Assembly (NCBI GenBank): GCA_043809585.1
Contig: JBDROZ010000076.1
Location: 1-58,185 of the forward strand
Origin: Candidatus Eiseniibacteriota bacterium
GTDB taxonomy: Bacteria > Orphanbacterota > Orphanbacteria > Orphanbacterales > Orphanbacteraceae
DNA length: 58,185 nt
Direction: 5' to 3'
Under the pieces are notes generated by a model. It was not told where the DNA came from. It saw only the letters and a program-made list of their open reading frames with translations, and searched no databases. Positions 7,008 through 16,476 of the stretch are shown one piece after another (the stretch's first letter is position 1; the number at the start of each line of letters is the position of its first letter). The position numbers were made by a program, and so were the translations under genes.

Positions 7008-9977
7008 ATGGGGCCCGGCGATCATCTGGAGCGGGTCAAGCGGGCGATCGAGCAGGCGGAGGCGGACGGCGATTCCCGCAAGGAAGCCGGCCTTCTTGAA
7101 AGCCTCGGCGATCTCTATCTCACTTCGGACGCTTACGGTCAGGCTCTCGGCCAGTTCGATCGTCTGGTCCGGTCACCCCATTGGGCTTCGTTCACGCCCG
7201 CCGACAAGGCCCGAATCCTGTACAAGACCGCCCGAACCCACCTCGGACTGGGCGAGTACGATCAGGCCCTTCGGCTCACCTCCAAGGCGGAGCTTCTTCT
7301 CACGGACGAGGACGACCCTCTTCTTCTCGGCCGGATCTACTCCCTCTGCGGGCAGGTCCACCGGCGCATCGGCAATCAATCCGACGCCCTCGCCTATTCC
7401 CTCCGGGCGTTCGACGTGCTGCGTCACACCGACGCGAACCGGGAGATCGCCTTCGTGCAGCTGACCTGCGGGTCGATCTTCCTCCGTCAGGGCAGTTTCT
7501 CCGACGCGGTTCGCTATTTTCATGACTCCCTCGCCACGTACCGGCGCATCGACGACGAGGAAGGAATCGCGAAGGCCTACAATAACCTCGGCGTCGCCTA
7601 CAAGAACCTCTGCCAGTGGGAGAGCGCGACGGGGGCGCTCAAGAAGGCGATGGAGATCGACCGTCGCTTCGGCAACTACGCCGGCGTCGCCCTGCGGATG
7701 CTCAACCTCGGCCTGATCCAGTTCCAGCGGGGCGAGTGGGACTCCTCGCACCGCCGCTTCGAGAAGAGCCTCCAGATGTTCCGGGGCGTGAAGGACATGG
7801 TGGGGGTCACTCTCTGCAGTCTCGCACTTGCGCGCCTCGCCCGGCACCGCCGGCGCTGGGAGGAGGCGCGGCGGCTCGCGACGGACGCACTCAGGGACAG
7901 CATGGCCCGCGGCAACCGGCGGGAGATCGCGGCTTCCTACGAGGAGATCGGCGCCTGGTACTTTGCCCGGGGGCAGACGAGAACCGCCCGGGCTTTCTTC
8001 GAGAAGTCCCTCACCGTGGCGGAGAAGATCTCCGAAAAGAACGACCACATCGCCGAGATCCACCGGCGTCTCTCCGAAGTGGCTTCCGCCGAAGGAAGGC
8101 CGGAAGCGGGGATCGCCTACGCCAAGCACGGTCTACGCACGGCGGCGGCGATCAAAGATAAGCGCCTCGTCGGCCTCGGACTCCGGGCCCTCGCCGCGGC
8201 GACCCGTCTCGCCGGCAGGCCCCGGCTTGCCGCCTTCTACGCCCGGCGCAGCGTCCGGGTCTTCGGAGAGTTCGGCATGCCCTTCGATCTCGGGCGGTCT
8301 CTCCTGGAATCGGCAGTCATCGCCCGGGAGAACGACGACATCGGCGCCGCCCGGGCGGAACTGACCCGGGCGGAGGAGATCTTCCGGGGGCTCGGAGCCG
8401 AGGGGTACGCGGTAAGGGTGCTGATCGAGTTCGCGGAGATGAAGGTGCGCACCGACCGCCTCGAGGACGGGCTGGTTCTGCTTCACAAGGCGCAGCGCAC
8501 CGTGGACCGCGACTTTCCGAGCGGCGATCTTGAGGACATCCAGCGCCTGCAGACGTCGATCGAGAACCGGTTTGTCGAGGTCTCGACTTCGCCGTCGAAC
8601 CGGTATCTCGCGTTCCAGGAATCGTCCGCGGCCTCGAGAGAGGAGACGCTCGACCGGATCCTCGCCGAGCTCGAGGCGGGACGGGCGTTCTTCTTCCGCC
8701 GTAACGCCGTCGGGGGATGGGAGATCGTCGACGGCCGCGGCGTCGACCCGGAGGAGGCGCGGCATCTTCTCCAGGGCGCCCGATCGGATGGAAGCGCGAC
8801 GGGGCCGATCCGGCCCATGGTCTCTCTCGGCGACGTCGGCGGCGGGACGTCCCTCTCCTTACTGGTGGCGCCCGCCGAGGGGGGCGAGGCGGGCGTGTAC
8901 GTGGACCGCCCGGTTTCGTGCGGGCGCCGGCCATTCGGGCGGCGGGATCTGAACTACCTTGTCGGCGTCGCGCGGGAACTCGTGGTGGGCGGCGTGAAGA
9001 TGGACGAGGCGATCGTCGGGGCGCCCCACGGCGCCGCTTTCGACGGGGTGGTGACGCAGAGCGAGAAGATGCAGGATATTCTCGCCATGCTCCGGAAACT
9101 GGAGGGCGTCAACGCCTCGATCCTGATCCAGGGGGAGACGGGGACCGGGAAGGGGCTTCTCGCGTACGAGATCTCCAAGGGGGATTCGGAGCCCTTCGTG
9201 ACGATCAACTGCGCCGATCTGACCGAGACGATCTTGGAGTCGGAGCTCTTCGGCCATGTAAAGAACGCCTTCACCGGCGCGGGCCGGGGAAAGAAGGGGC
9301 TCTTCGAGGTGGCCGACGGAGGGACGGTCTTCATCGACGAGATCGACAAAACCAGCCGGCACTTCCAGGAAAAGCTGCTCCGCGTCGTGGACCGGCGGGA
9401 ATTCAAGCCCGTCGGATCCGTCGAGGTCTCACGGGTCGACTGCCGGATCATCTGCGCGTCGAACAGGGACCTGGCCGAGGAAGTGGAGAGGAGGCGCTTC
9501 CTGAAAGACCTCTACTACCGCCTGAAGGTGATCTCCATCACCCTGCCCCCCCTCCGGGAGCGGTCGGTGGACATTCCTCCCCTGGTCGATCACTTCGTCG
9601 CCAAGTACACGCGGTCCATGGGCAAGGCCGGCGTGAGCTTCGAGCCGGCGGTGGTGGAACTCTTCAGCCGCTATCACTGGCCCGGGAACATCCGGGATCT
9701 CCAGAACGAAGTGGAGCGGGCGGTCGCCCTGGCCTCCCCCGGGGATGTCGTCACGATCGACTCCCTCTCGGACGAACTCGTCCGGTTCTCGAAGCTCGGC
9801 GTCACTACGCCGGTAACGGGCGAAAAAAGCCTCGCGAACATGGTCGGGGAGCTCGAGGAGCGGGTCATCCGAGAAGCGCTCCGCCGCTGCCACGGTAACA
9901 AATCCCAGGTCGCCCGTCTCCTCGGCCTCACCCGAAAGGGCCTCCGCAACAAGATCCTCCGCCACGGCCTCGAGTAG
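7008..9977 (+). CDS. Sigma54-dependent enhancer-binding protein with a long N-terminal TPR array, degenerate GAF-like linker, AAA+ domain and Fis-type HTH
   Basis: Repeated TPRs (e.g. IAKAYNNLGVAYKNL); GETGTGKG, ESELFGHVKNAFTGA, VFIDEID, WPGNIRDLQN, GNKSQVARLLGL; RBS aaggag before ATG 7008. Confidence 0.92.
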   Translation: MGPGDHLERVKRAIEQAEADGDSRKEAGLLESLGDLYLTSDAYGQALGQFDRLVRSPHWASFTPADKARILYKTARTHLGLGEYDQALRLTSKAELLLTDEDDPLLLGRIYSLCGQVHRRIGNQSDALAYSLRAFDVLRHTDANREIAFVQLTCGSIFLRQGSFSDAVRYFHDSLATYRRIDDEEGIAKAYNNLGVAYKNLCQWESATGALKKAMEIDRRFGNYAGVALRMLNLGLIQFQRGEWDSSHRRFEKSLQMFRGVKDMVGVTLCSLALARLARHRRRWEEARRLATDALRDSMARGNRREIAASYEEIGAWYFARGQTRTARAFFEKSLTVAEKISEKNDHIAEIHRRLSEVASAEGRPEAGIAYAKHGLRTAAAIKDKRLVGLGLRALAAATRLAGRPRLAAFYARRSVRVFGEFGMPFDLGRSLLESAVIARENDDIGAARAELTRAEEIFRGLGAEGYAVRVLIEFAEMKVRTDRLEDGLVLLHKAQRTVDRDFPSGDLEDIQRLQTSIENRFVEVSTSPSNRYLAFQESSAASREETLDRILAELEAGRAFFFRRNAVGGWEIVDGRGVDPEEARHLLQGARSDGSATGPIRPMVSLGDVGGGTSLSLLVAPAEGGEAGVYVDRPVSCGRRPFGRRDLNYLVGVARELVVGGVKMDEAIVGAPHGAAFDGVVTQSEKMQDILAMLRKLEGVNASILIQGETGTGKGLLAYEISKGDSEPFVTINCADLTETILESELFGHVKNAFTGAGRGKKGLFEVADGGTVFIDEIDKTSRHFQEKLLRVVDRREFKPVGSVEVSRVDCRIICASNRDLAEEVERRRFLKDLYYRLKVISITLPPLRERSVDIPPLVDHFVAKYTRSMGKAGVSFEPAVVELFSRYHWPGNIRDLQNEVERAVALASPGDVVTIDSLSDELVRFSKLGVTTPVTGEKSLANMVGELEERVIREALRRCHGNKSQVARLLGLTRKGLRNKILRHGLE

Positions 9978-10171
9978 CCGAAGCCATTCGTCCCGGGACC
10001 TTCCCGTCTGCGTGTTCTCCGTGTCTCATGCGGTGATTCTGTCTCCGCGGTCCCGGATCTGATTCGGAGCTACGAAGAGCGCGAAGGGCTCCTTCCCGGT
10101 CGGGACAAATCGACGCCGCCCGGCGGGGGGGGCGTGGTCTATACTCGGTCCGTCGTCGACGGAGGTGATCG

Positions 10172-10603
10172 ATGGGAGAACGGGGGGGCGAGAGCATCCG
10201 CTGGCTCCGGCACGACGCGGACCTGCTTCTCGAGGCGCGGGCGGCGACGGAGGAGCGGCTCTTTGCCCTGGCGGCGGAGGCGGTGGTCGCCGCCATGACC
10301 GACCGTCCCCCCACGGAAGGGGGCGAGCGCAGGTCCGTTCGGCTGGAGGCGGAGGATCCCGAGGGGCTTTTCGTGGCGTGGCTGAACGAGATCGTCTACC
10401 TCGTCACCGCCGGGGACTTCCTCCCCGCCCGGTTCCCCTCATTGACCGTGGAGGAGGGCTCGCTCTCCGCGGAGATTGAAGGGGGCGCGCCCGGCCCGAA
10501 CGGTCCCTCCATCGTTCGGGAGGTGAAGGCGGCGACGTATCATCGGCTCCGCCTGTCGAAGGGGAAAGAGGGCTGGACGGCCCGGGTGCTTCTCGACGTG
10601 TGA
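10172..10603 (+). CDS. Archease
   Basis: HDADL at the N-terminus, WLNEIVY, EVKAATYH, C-terminal VLLDV; adjacent to rtcB. Confidence 0.88.
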   Translation: MGERGGESIRWLRHDADLLLEARAATEERLFALAAEAVVAAMTDRPPTEGGERRSVRLEAEDPEGLFVAWLNEIVYLVTAGDFLPARFPSLTVEEGSLSAEIEGGAPGPNGPSIVREVKAATYHRLRLSKGKEGWTARVLLDV

Positions 10604-10620
10604 CGGCGGGGGGGGGATTC

Positions 10621-12045
10621 ATGGCGAAGCTGGTTCCCTTCGGAGACTACCGATGGCGGATCGAACCCCACGGGGGAATGCGTGTGCCCGGCGTCGTCTA
10701 CGCCGACCGGGGCGCTCTCGAGAAGATCCACCGAGACCGGAGTCTCGAGCAGGTGGCGAACGTCGCCCACCTCCCCGGAATCGTCGGCCGCTCCCTTGCC
10801 ATGCCGGACATCCACTGGGGCTACGGCTTCCCGATCGGCGGCGTCGCCGCCATGGACCTCGAAGAGGGGGTCGTCTCGCCGGGGGGCGTCGGGTACGACA
10901 TCAACTGCGGCGTCCGCCTCGCGGTGAGCGACCTCGACCGGAAAGACGTGGCTCCCCGGGCGGAGGAGATCGCGGCCGCCCTCTTCGCCCGCGTGCCCTG
11001 CGGCGTCGGCGTTGGGGGAGACCTGAAACTGGACGATAGGGAGATGGCCGATGTCCTCCGGGAAGGCGCCCGCTGGGCGGTGAAGCGAGGGGCGGGGACG
11101 AGAGATGATCTTCTCCGTACCGAGGAAGGGGGAGGTCTCGTCTCGGCGGACCCTGACGCCGTGAGCCGGCGCGCCTTCGACCGGGGGCGGACTCAGGTGG
11201 GAACCCTCGGCTCGGGGAACCACTTTCTCGAAGTCGCCTGGGTGGAGACGGTGTTCGACGGCGCCGCCGCGGAAGCGTTCGGCCTCCGGGAAGGGGCGGT
11301 GACGCTGATGATCCACTGCGGCTCCCGCGGACTCGGCCATCAGGTGGCGACCGACTTCCTGCAGATCATGCAGAAGCCGGGCCGGCCGGACGCCGTCCGG
11401 ATCCCGGACCGGCAGCTCGCCTGCGTGCCGATCCGCTCCTCCGGGGGTCAGCGATACCTCGCCGCCATGGCGGCGTCGGCGAACTTCGCATGGGCGAACC
11501 GCCAGTACCTGCTCCACCTCTCCCGGGATGTCATGGAGAAGCTTTTCCCGGGCGCCAATCTCCGCATGGTCTACGACGTCTCCCACAACATCGCCAAGAT
11601 CGAGACCCACAAGGTGAAGGGGAAGGAGCGATCCCTCTGCGTCCACCGGAAGGGGGCGACCCGGGCCTTTCCGGCGCTGCACCCGGACCTGCCCGAGGTG
11701 TACCGCGGGGTGGGGCAGCCCGTGCTCATCCCGGGCGACATGCGGTCGGGATCGTACGTCCTCGTCGGCACCGAGATGGCGATGGAGGAGACCTTCGGCA
11801 GCACCTGCCACGGCGCGGGGCGCGTGAAGAGCCGCTCCGACGCGAAGCGTCAAATCCGCCTGAGCGACGTGGAGAAGAAGATGGCCCTCGCCGGCGTCGC
11901 TCTCCGGGCCCGATCCCGATCGAACCTCGTCGAGGAGGCGCCGGAGGCCTACAAGGATATCGACGAGGTGGTGAACGTCGTGCACGGCGCCGGGATCTCC
12001 CGGAAGGTCGCCCGGCTCCGGCCGATCGCGGTGATCAAGGGATGA
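10621..12045 (+). CDS. rtcB: RtcB RNA-splicing/repair ligase
   Basis: MPDIHWGYGFPIGGV, GYDINCGVR, GTLGSGNHFLE, HCGSRG, SHNIAK, HRKGATRA, STCHGAGR, EEAPEAYKD. Confidence 0.96.
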   Translation: MAKLVPFGDYRWRIEPHGGMRVPGVVYADRGALEKIHRDRSLEQVANVAHLPGIVGRSLAMPDIHWGYGFPIGGVAAMDLEEGVVSPGGVGYDINCGVRLAVSDLDRKDVAPRAEEIAAALFARVPCGVGVGGDLKLDDREMADVLREGARWAVKRGAGTRDDLLRTEEGGGLVSADPDAVSRRAFDRGRTQVGTLGSGNHFLEVAWVETVFDGAAAEAFGLREGAVTLMIHCGSRGLGHQVATDFLQIMQKPGRPDAVRIPDRQLACVPIRSSGGQRYLAAMAASANFAWANRQYLLHLSRDVMEKLFPGANLRMVYDVSHNIAKIETHKVKGKERSLCVHRKGATRAFPALHPDLPEVYRGVGQPVLIPGDMRSGSYVLVGTEMAMEETFGSTCHGAGRVKSRSDAKRQIRLSDVEKKMALAGVALRARSRSNLVEEAPEAYKDIDEVVNVVHGAGISRKVARLRPIAVIKG

Positions 12046-12827
12046 CGGGGGAGAGGGCAAGGGCCCCCGGCCGAGGCGCTCCCGATCCGGACGGCGGCGG
12101 GATCCTGGCGAGGGGGGAGCAGGCGGTCGAGGAGCAGCGGTCGGCGGTCCGTGGCATGTTCGACCGGGTGAGCTGCCGGTACGATCTCCTGAACCGGCTC
12201 CTCTCCTTCGGCCTCGATGCCCGCTGGCGGCGGGAGGCGATCCGTCGGGCCGGAATCGGTCCGGGCGACCGTTTTCTCGACGTGGCGTGCGGGACGGGCG
12301 ATCTCGGCCTGGAAGCGGCCCGCGCGGCGGAGCGCGTCGGAGTTCTCGGCGTCGACTTCTCGCAGCCCATGCTCCGGAGGGCGGGCCTCAAGGGGACACG
12401 GAATCGGCGCCCCCGGCCTCTCCGGCTCGCGGCCGGCGCGGCGGAACAGCTTCCCGTGAGGGGGGGCGCATTCGCGGCGGCGGGCATCGCCTTCGGCATC
12501 CGAAACGTGCCCGACCGCGGGGCGGCGCTTCGCGAGATGGCCCGCGCCGTCCGGCCCGGCGGGCGGGTCGTGGTGCTCGAGTTCACGACGTCCGGCTCGG
12601 GGGCGGTGGAGCGGGCCGTCGACTTCTACCTCCGCCGCGTTCTTCCGCGGATCGGCGGGCTCCTCTCTTCGGGGGGCGCCTACCGGTATCTGGCGGCCTC
12701 CATGGGCGCCTTTCCCCCCCCCGACGCCTTCGCCCGGGAGATGGAAGATGCCGGCCTCGAGGCGGTGCGCTACCGCCGTCTGTCCCCCGCGCCGACCTGG
12801 CTCTACGTCGGGACCCGTCCCCTCTGA
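12042..12827 (+). CDS. ubiE: UbiE/MenG-family quinone biosynthesis methyltransferase
   Basis: VRGMFDRV..RYDLLNRLLSFGLDARWR, LDVACGTGD, FGIRNV, AYRYLAAS; ATGA overlap with rtcB. Confidence 0.85.
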   Translation: MTGERARAPGRGAPDPDGGGILARGEQAVEEQRSAVRGMFDRVSCRYDLLNRLLSFGLDARWRREAIRRAGIGPGDRFLDVACGTGDLGLEAARAAERVGVLGVDFSQPMLRRAGLKGTRNRRPRPLRLAAGAAEQLPVRGGAFAAAGIAFGIRNVPDRGAALREMARAVRPGGRVVVLEFTTSGSGAVERAVDFYLRRVLPRIGGLLSSGGAYRYLAASMGAFPPPDAFAREMEDAGLEAVRYRRLSPAPTWLYVGTRPL

Positions 12828-12976
12828 CGCGGGATTGGACCCCGCCGCGGATTGGTGCTATTTTTCCCATCGTGCGTTCGAACCGGGAACCCCGACGGCC
12901 TCGAAGGGTCCTTAACCTAGAGTGGATCCCTCGCCGATGTCCCGAGAGAAGTCAACCGCATGAGGAGAGACAGGGG

Positions 12977-14443
12977 ATGACCACCCGAAAACACTCGAGC
13001 CTACTTCTCGCCCTCTTGCTCGGTTTCGTTCTCCTTTCCTTGACCGGCTGTTTTGAGACGACCGACAAGAGCATCCGCAAGCTCCGCATTTTCTATTCGA
13101 GCGATGTCGTCGGCTCCCTCGAACCGTGTGGGTGAAAGACACGCCGGAAGGGAGGCGTGGCCCGGCGGGCCGCCTACATGAACGCGATCTCGGCCGTGGA
13201 TTCCGCTTCGGTCCTCCATCTCGATTGCGGCGACGTGGTCGGGGCGAAGGGGGCGATGGAGGAGTTGAAGTCCCGGTACCTGTTCGAATCGTACGGTTTC
13301 ATGAACGTGGACGCGATCAACCTCGGGTCGAGCGACCTGCTCCTCGGCCAGAAATGGCTTTTCGAGCAGATGGCGAAGACCGGAATCCCGATCATCTCGG
13401 CGAACGTGTACTACTTCGATACCGGGGAGCGGTTCCTTCGGCCCTACGTGATCAAGCGGATCTCGCCGAAGCGCTTCCTCGGGGTCGAGTGGGGCGGCCT
13501 GAAAGTGGGCATCTTCGGTCTCGTCCAGACCCTCGGTGAGAACCAGGGGCTCCCCTTCGACCGGGAGAAGGACGAACACCGTCTGATCATCAAGGATCCG
13601 GCCGTGGTGGCCCGGGAGATGGTCGAGGAGCTCCGGCCCCAGGTCGACCTGATCGTCTGCCTCGCCCACACCGGCTGGCTCCATGGGCGGGACCTGGCGA
13701 GGAACGTGAGCGGCATCGATCTGGTGATCGTGGGCAACGGCGCCAACGTGAAGCCGAAACCTTACGTGGTGAACAACATTCCTCTCGTGATGCCGGGGGA
13801 CGAGGGAGAGTTCCTCGGCGTCATCGATCTCTACCTCGACGAGAACAAACGGGTGGTCGAGAGGGAGGGAATGTCGAAGGAGCTCGACGACTCGATCGAG
13901 GACGATCCGGTAATGGCCGATCTCGTGGAGCGGTACAAGTTGGATCTCCAGCAGATCGGCGATGAGATCGTGCCGGCCACGAGCCAACTCGACGTGCAGA
14001 AATTCCTCGGCGCCGAAGCGTGCGGCGAGTGCCATACCCCGGAGCTCCGCGACTGGAAGGGGGGCGGGCACGCCCACGCCCTGGAGAGCCTTGTCGAAAC
14101 GGGGCGCGACTTCGACCCGACCTGCCTGAAGTGCCACGTCACGGGGTACGGCCTCTTCAACGGATTCCACTCGTACGAGAAGACGCCGACCATGATCAAC
14201 GTGCAGTGCGAGTCGTGCCACGGCCCGGGATCGGATCACGTCCGATGGGCCCGGGGGGAGGACGTCTCCGATTCGGATCTCGAGCCCGGCCTGAAATACC
14301 TCTTCGCGGCGATCGAGGACCGCTGCCTTGACTGCCACGACTCGGAGAACGATCCCGACTTCGATTTCGCCGCGGCGAGGCCGATCGTCGACCACTCGCG
14401 CATCCAGGAGGCCTTGAGGGAGCAGCAGAAGATGGGCCGGTAG
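12977..14443 (+). CDS. Predicted selenoprotein: lipoprotein with a UshA/5'-nucleotidase-like N-terminal domain (CGU motif) fused to a tetraheme cytochrome c; in-frame UGA at 13133-13135
   Basis: Lipobox LSLTGC; SDVVGSLEPCG-UGA-KTRRKGGVARRA continues in frame into ORF 13157-14443; LDCGD, DAINLG; four CxxCH motifs (CGECH, CLKCH, CESCH, CLDCH). Confidence 0.85.
13140..13159 (+). promoter_or_regulatory. Putative bacterial SECIS hairpin
   Basis: cacgcc-ggaaggga-ggcgtg stem-loop starting 4 nt after the in-frame UGA. Confidence 0.55.
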
Positions 14444-14468
14444 CCGCACCGGTGAGGCTCCCGTCCAC

Positions 14469-14508
14469 GAAGAGGCCGCCGGACGGCTCCAGCGGCCTCT
14501 CTTCTTTC
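14469..14508. terminator. Probable bidirectional intrinsic terminator
   Basis: gaagaggccgc/gcggcctcttc inverted repeat between convergent genes, followed by tttctc. Confidence 0.6.
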
Positions 14509-14521
14509 TCGATCTTGGATT

Positions 14522-15535
14522 CTAGGAGCAGCCTTCGTCGAAGCAGCCGATTCTCGTCCCGCCGCCCTTTCCTCCGAGACAGGGGGATCCGCTGCGGAGG
14601 CGGAAGTCTTCCTTCTCCGGGGAGCAGAAAAGGGGATCGGCCGAAATGCCGTCCAGGCCCTCCTCGGGACCCTTGTAGGCGCCCCCCTCGTTCTTCCAGA
14701 CATTGTTCCGGTGGACGCGGACCAGACCGTCGTTCGATTCGACCAGGATCCCGCAGACCCCGTCGTTGTTGACCACCAGGTTCCTCGAGATCCGGAGATC
14801 CCCGAACTGGGCGAGGATCGCCCCCGAATCCTCTTTGCCGAGGTTCATGGCGATCGTATTCCCCTCGACCGCCGCCCCGAGGGACATCTGGTAGCCGATG
14901 AAGCCGAACCCGGTGGAGAGATTGCGCACGATCAGGTTCTCCCGGATGTCGCAGGCGGCGAACATGGCCGAGATGGTCAGGCCCCCGGTGTTGTTCCGGA
15001 CCCGGTTTCTGACGAGCGCCCCCCGTCCGCCGACAACCCCGATCGCGGCGGCGGCGATACTCTCGTTCCTCTCGAAAAGGCAGTTCTCGACGAGATAGGA
15101 CTCGGCGTTGATCAGGCTGATGCCCCCCCCGTCGTTTTCTCCGGTATTGTCGAAGATCCTGCAATTCCGGACGACCACGGGGCATCTTTCGGAGTACAGT
15201 CCCCCCCCGTTGCTCATGTTGTAGCCCCTCTGCAGGGTGAGGCCCTCGACGGTCGTCGTGCCCCGGTTCTGGATCAACTGGACCACGATCCCCTTCTCGT
15301 CGCCGTCGATGATCGTCTCTTCCGCCCCGTCGGTCCCGATCAGGGTGATGCCCTCCTTGTCCCGAATCACGACGTTCTCGATGTACGTACCCGGGCCGAC
15401 GAACACCGTGTCGCCCGGCCCCGCCGCGTCGACGGCGGCCTGGACCGTCGGTTGATCGCCCGGTACGCGGACGCCCCCCGCGAGGGCGCACACGGGCAGA
15501 ATGATGCCGAGCACGATCAGTAGGATTCTTCTCAT
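14522..15535 (-). CDS. Secreted right-handed parallel beta-helix (pectin-lyase-like) repeat protein
   Basis: Signal peptide MRRILLIVLGIILPVCALA; VPGDQPTVQAAVDAA..GDTVFVGPGTYIE; NGGG/DGGG repeats; C-terminal ISADPLFC..DFRLRSGSPC. Confidence 0.85.
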   Translation of the reverse strand: MRRILLIVLGIILPVCALAGGVRVPGDQPTVQAAVDAAGPGDTVFVGPGTYIENVVIRDKEGITLIGTDGAEETIIDGDEKGIVVQLIQNRGTTTVEGLTLQRGYNMSNGGGLYSERCPVVVRNCRIFDNTGENDGGGISLINAESYLVENCLFERNESIAAAAIGVVGGRGALVRNRVRNNTGGLTISAMFAACDIRENLIVRNLSTGFGFIGYQMSLGAAVEGNTIAMNLGKEDSGAILAQFGDLRISRNLVVNNDGVCGILVESNDGLVRVHRNNVWKNEGGAYKGPEEGLDGISADPLFCSPEKEDFRLRSGSPCLGGKGGGTRIGCFDEGCS

Positions 15536-15815
15536 GGGTTCAGATCTCCTCGTTCTCCGGCGGGCCGGGTGCGTGACGATCGGTACATGCTGTGCACCAT
15601 CTTGCCCCTCCCGCGGTTCCCTGGTCAAGGGATTCTCCGGAGACCTCTTTGGTGTCAAAATGGCCGGCCGAAGTCGTCCCTGGAGATTCACGATGCCAAT
15701 ATGGCACTCATGTGCCAGGACCATGGGTCCGCCGAATTCGGGCCCCATCCAGATGCCATCTCGTATCCGCTTATTCTCAAAGTGGTTGTGGTGCCGTGCC
15801 GGTGGTTCCGCGCCT

Positions 15816-15830
15816 TGGCACGCGACTTGA
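15816..15830 (+). promoter_or_regulatory. Sigma54-like promoter for hsp20
   Basis: TGGCAC-GCGAC-TTGA (perfect -24, variant -12); upstream palindrome tgccaatatggca may be an activator site. Confidence 0.6.
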
Positions 15831-15904
15831 TATGTGTATTCGTCGGACGCATTGAGGTAAAGGGAGGGCGACTTCCCATGGAGAACCAGAAAGGAGAGAT
15901 GACA

Positions 15905-16348
15905 ATGACCATGCTTCGCTGGAAACCCGCTGTGATTCGGAACGAGTTCGGAATGGAACGGTTCGTGGATGGCTTCTTCAACAATTCGGGGTGGAACGAG
16001 AGTGACGGAACGGACGTGGCGTGGCGTCCCCGGACGGATGTTCGGGAAGAGACGGACGCCTACACGATCCACGTCGACCTCCCGGGCGTGAAGAAGGATG
16101 ATATCCGCATCGTGGTGGAGGAGAGCATCCTCAAGATTTCGGGCGAGCGGAAGCACGCGAGCGAGGAAAGCTCCGAGGGGTACCGGAGGATCGAGCGGAG
16201 TTTCGGATCCTTCGAGAGGACATTCCGTCTCCCCAAGGAAGTGGAGATCGACAAGATCGAGAGCACCTACGAAGCGGGCGTGCTTGCTGTCCGCGTCCCG
16301 AAAAGCGAGAAAGCCCTCCCTCGCCAGATCGAGGTGAAGGTCCGCTAG
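15905..16348 (+). CDS. Hsp20/alpha-crystallin small heat-shock protein
   Basis: WRPRTDVRET, VDLPGV, LKISGERK, RIERSFGSFERTFRLP, GVLAVRVPK, RQIEVK; start could also be 15878, 15899 or 15911. Confidence 0.95.
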   Translation: MTMLRWKPAVIRNEFGMERFVDGFFNNSGWNESDGTDVAWRPRTDVREETDAYTIHVDLPGVKKDDIRIVVEESILKISGERKHASEESSEGYRRIERSFGSFERTFRLPKEVEIDKIESTYEAGVLAVRVPKSEKALPRQIEVKVR

Positions 16349-16377
16349 CCGCTCCGAGCCCCCTTCCCGATCGATCG

Positions 16378-16405
16378 CGCGGGGCCGCCGAAAGGCGGCC
16401 TCGCG
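16378..16405 (+). terminator. Hairpin after hsp20
   Basis: cgcggggccgcc-gaaa-ggcggcctcgcg. Confidence 0.6.
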
Positions 16406-16420
16406 CCGCTTACGGGGCTG

Positions 16421-16450
16421 TTGACACTTTCGAACCCCCTGGAGTATAGT
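16421..16450 (+). promoter_or_regulatory. Sigma70 promoter
   Basis: TTGACA-18 nt-TATAGT before ATG 16477. Confidence 0.7.
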
Positions 16451-16476
16451 CGGGCTCTCAAAGGGGGAAACTCTTC

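Noticed and set aside
7008-9977. Calling the activator RtcR
   Set aside because: The N-terminus is TPR, not CARF, and no -24/-12 motif was found before archease-rtcB
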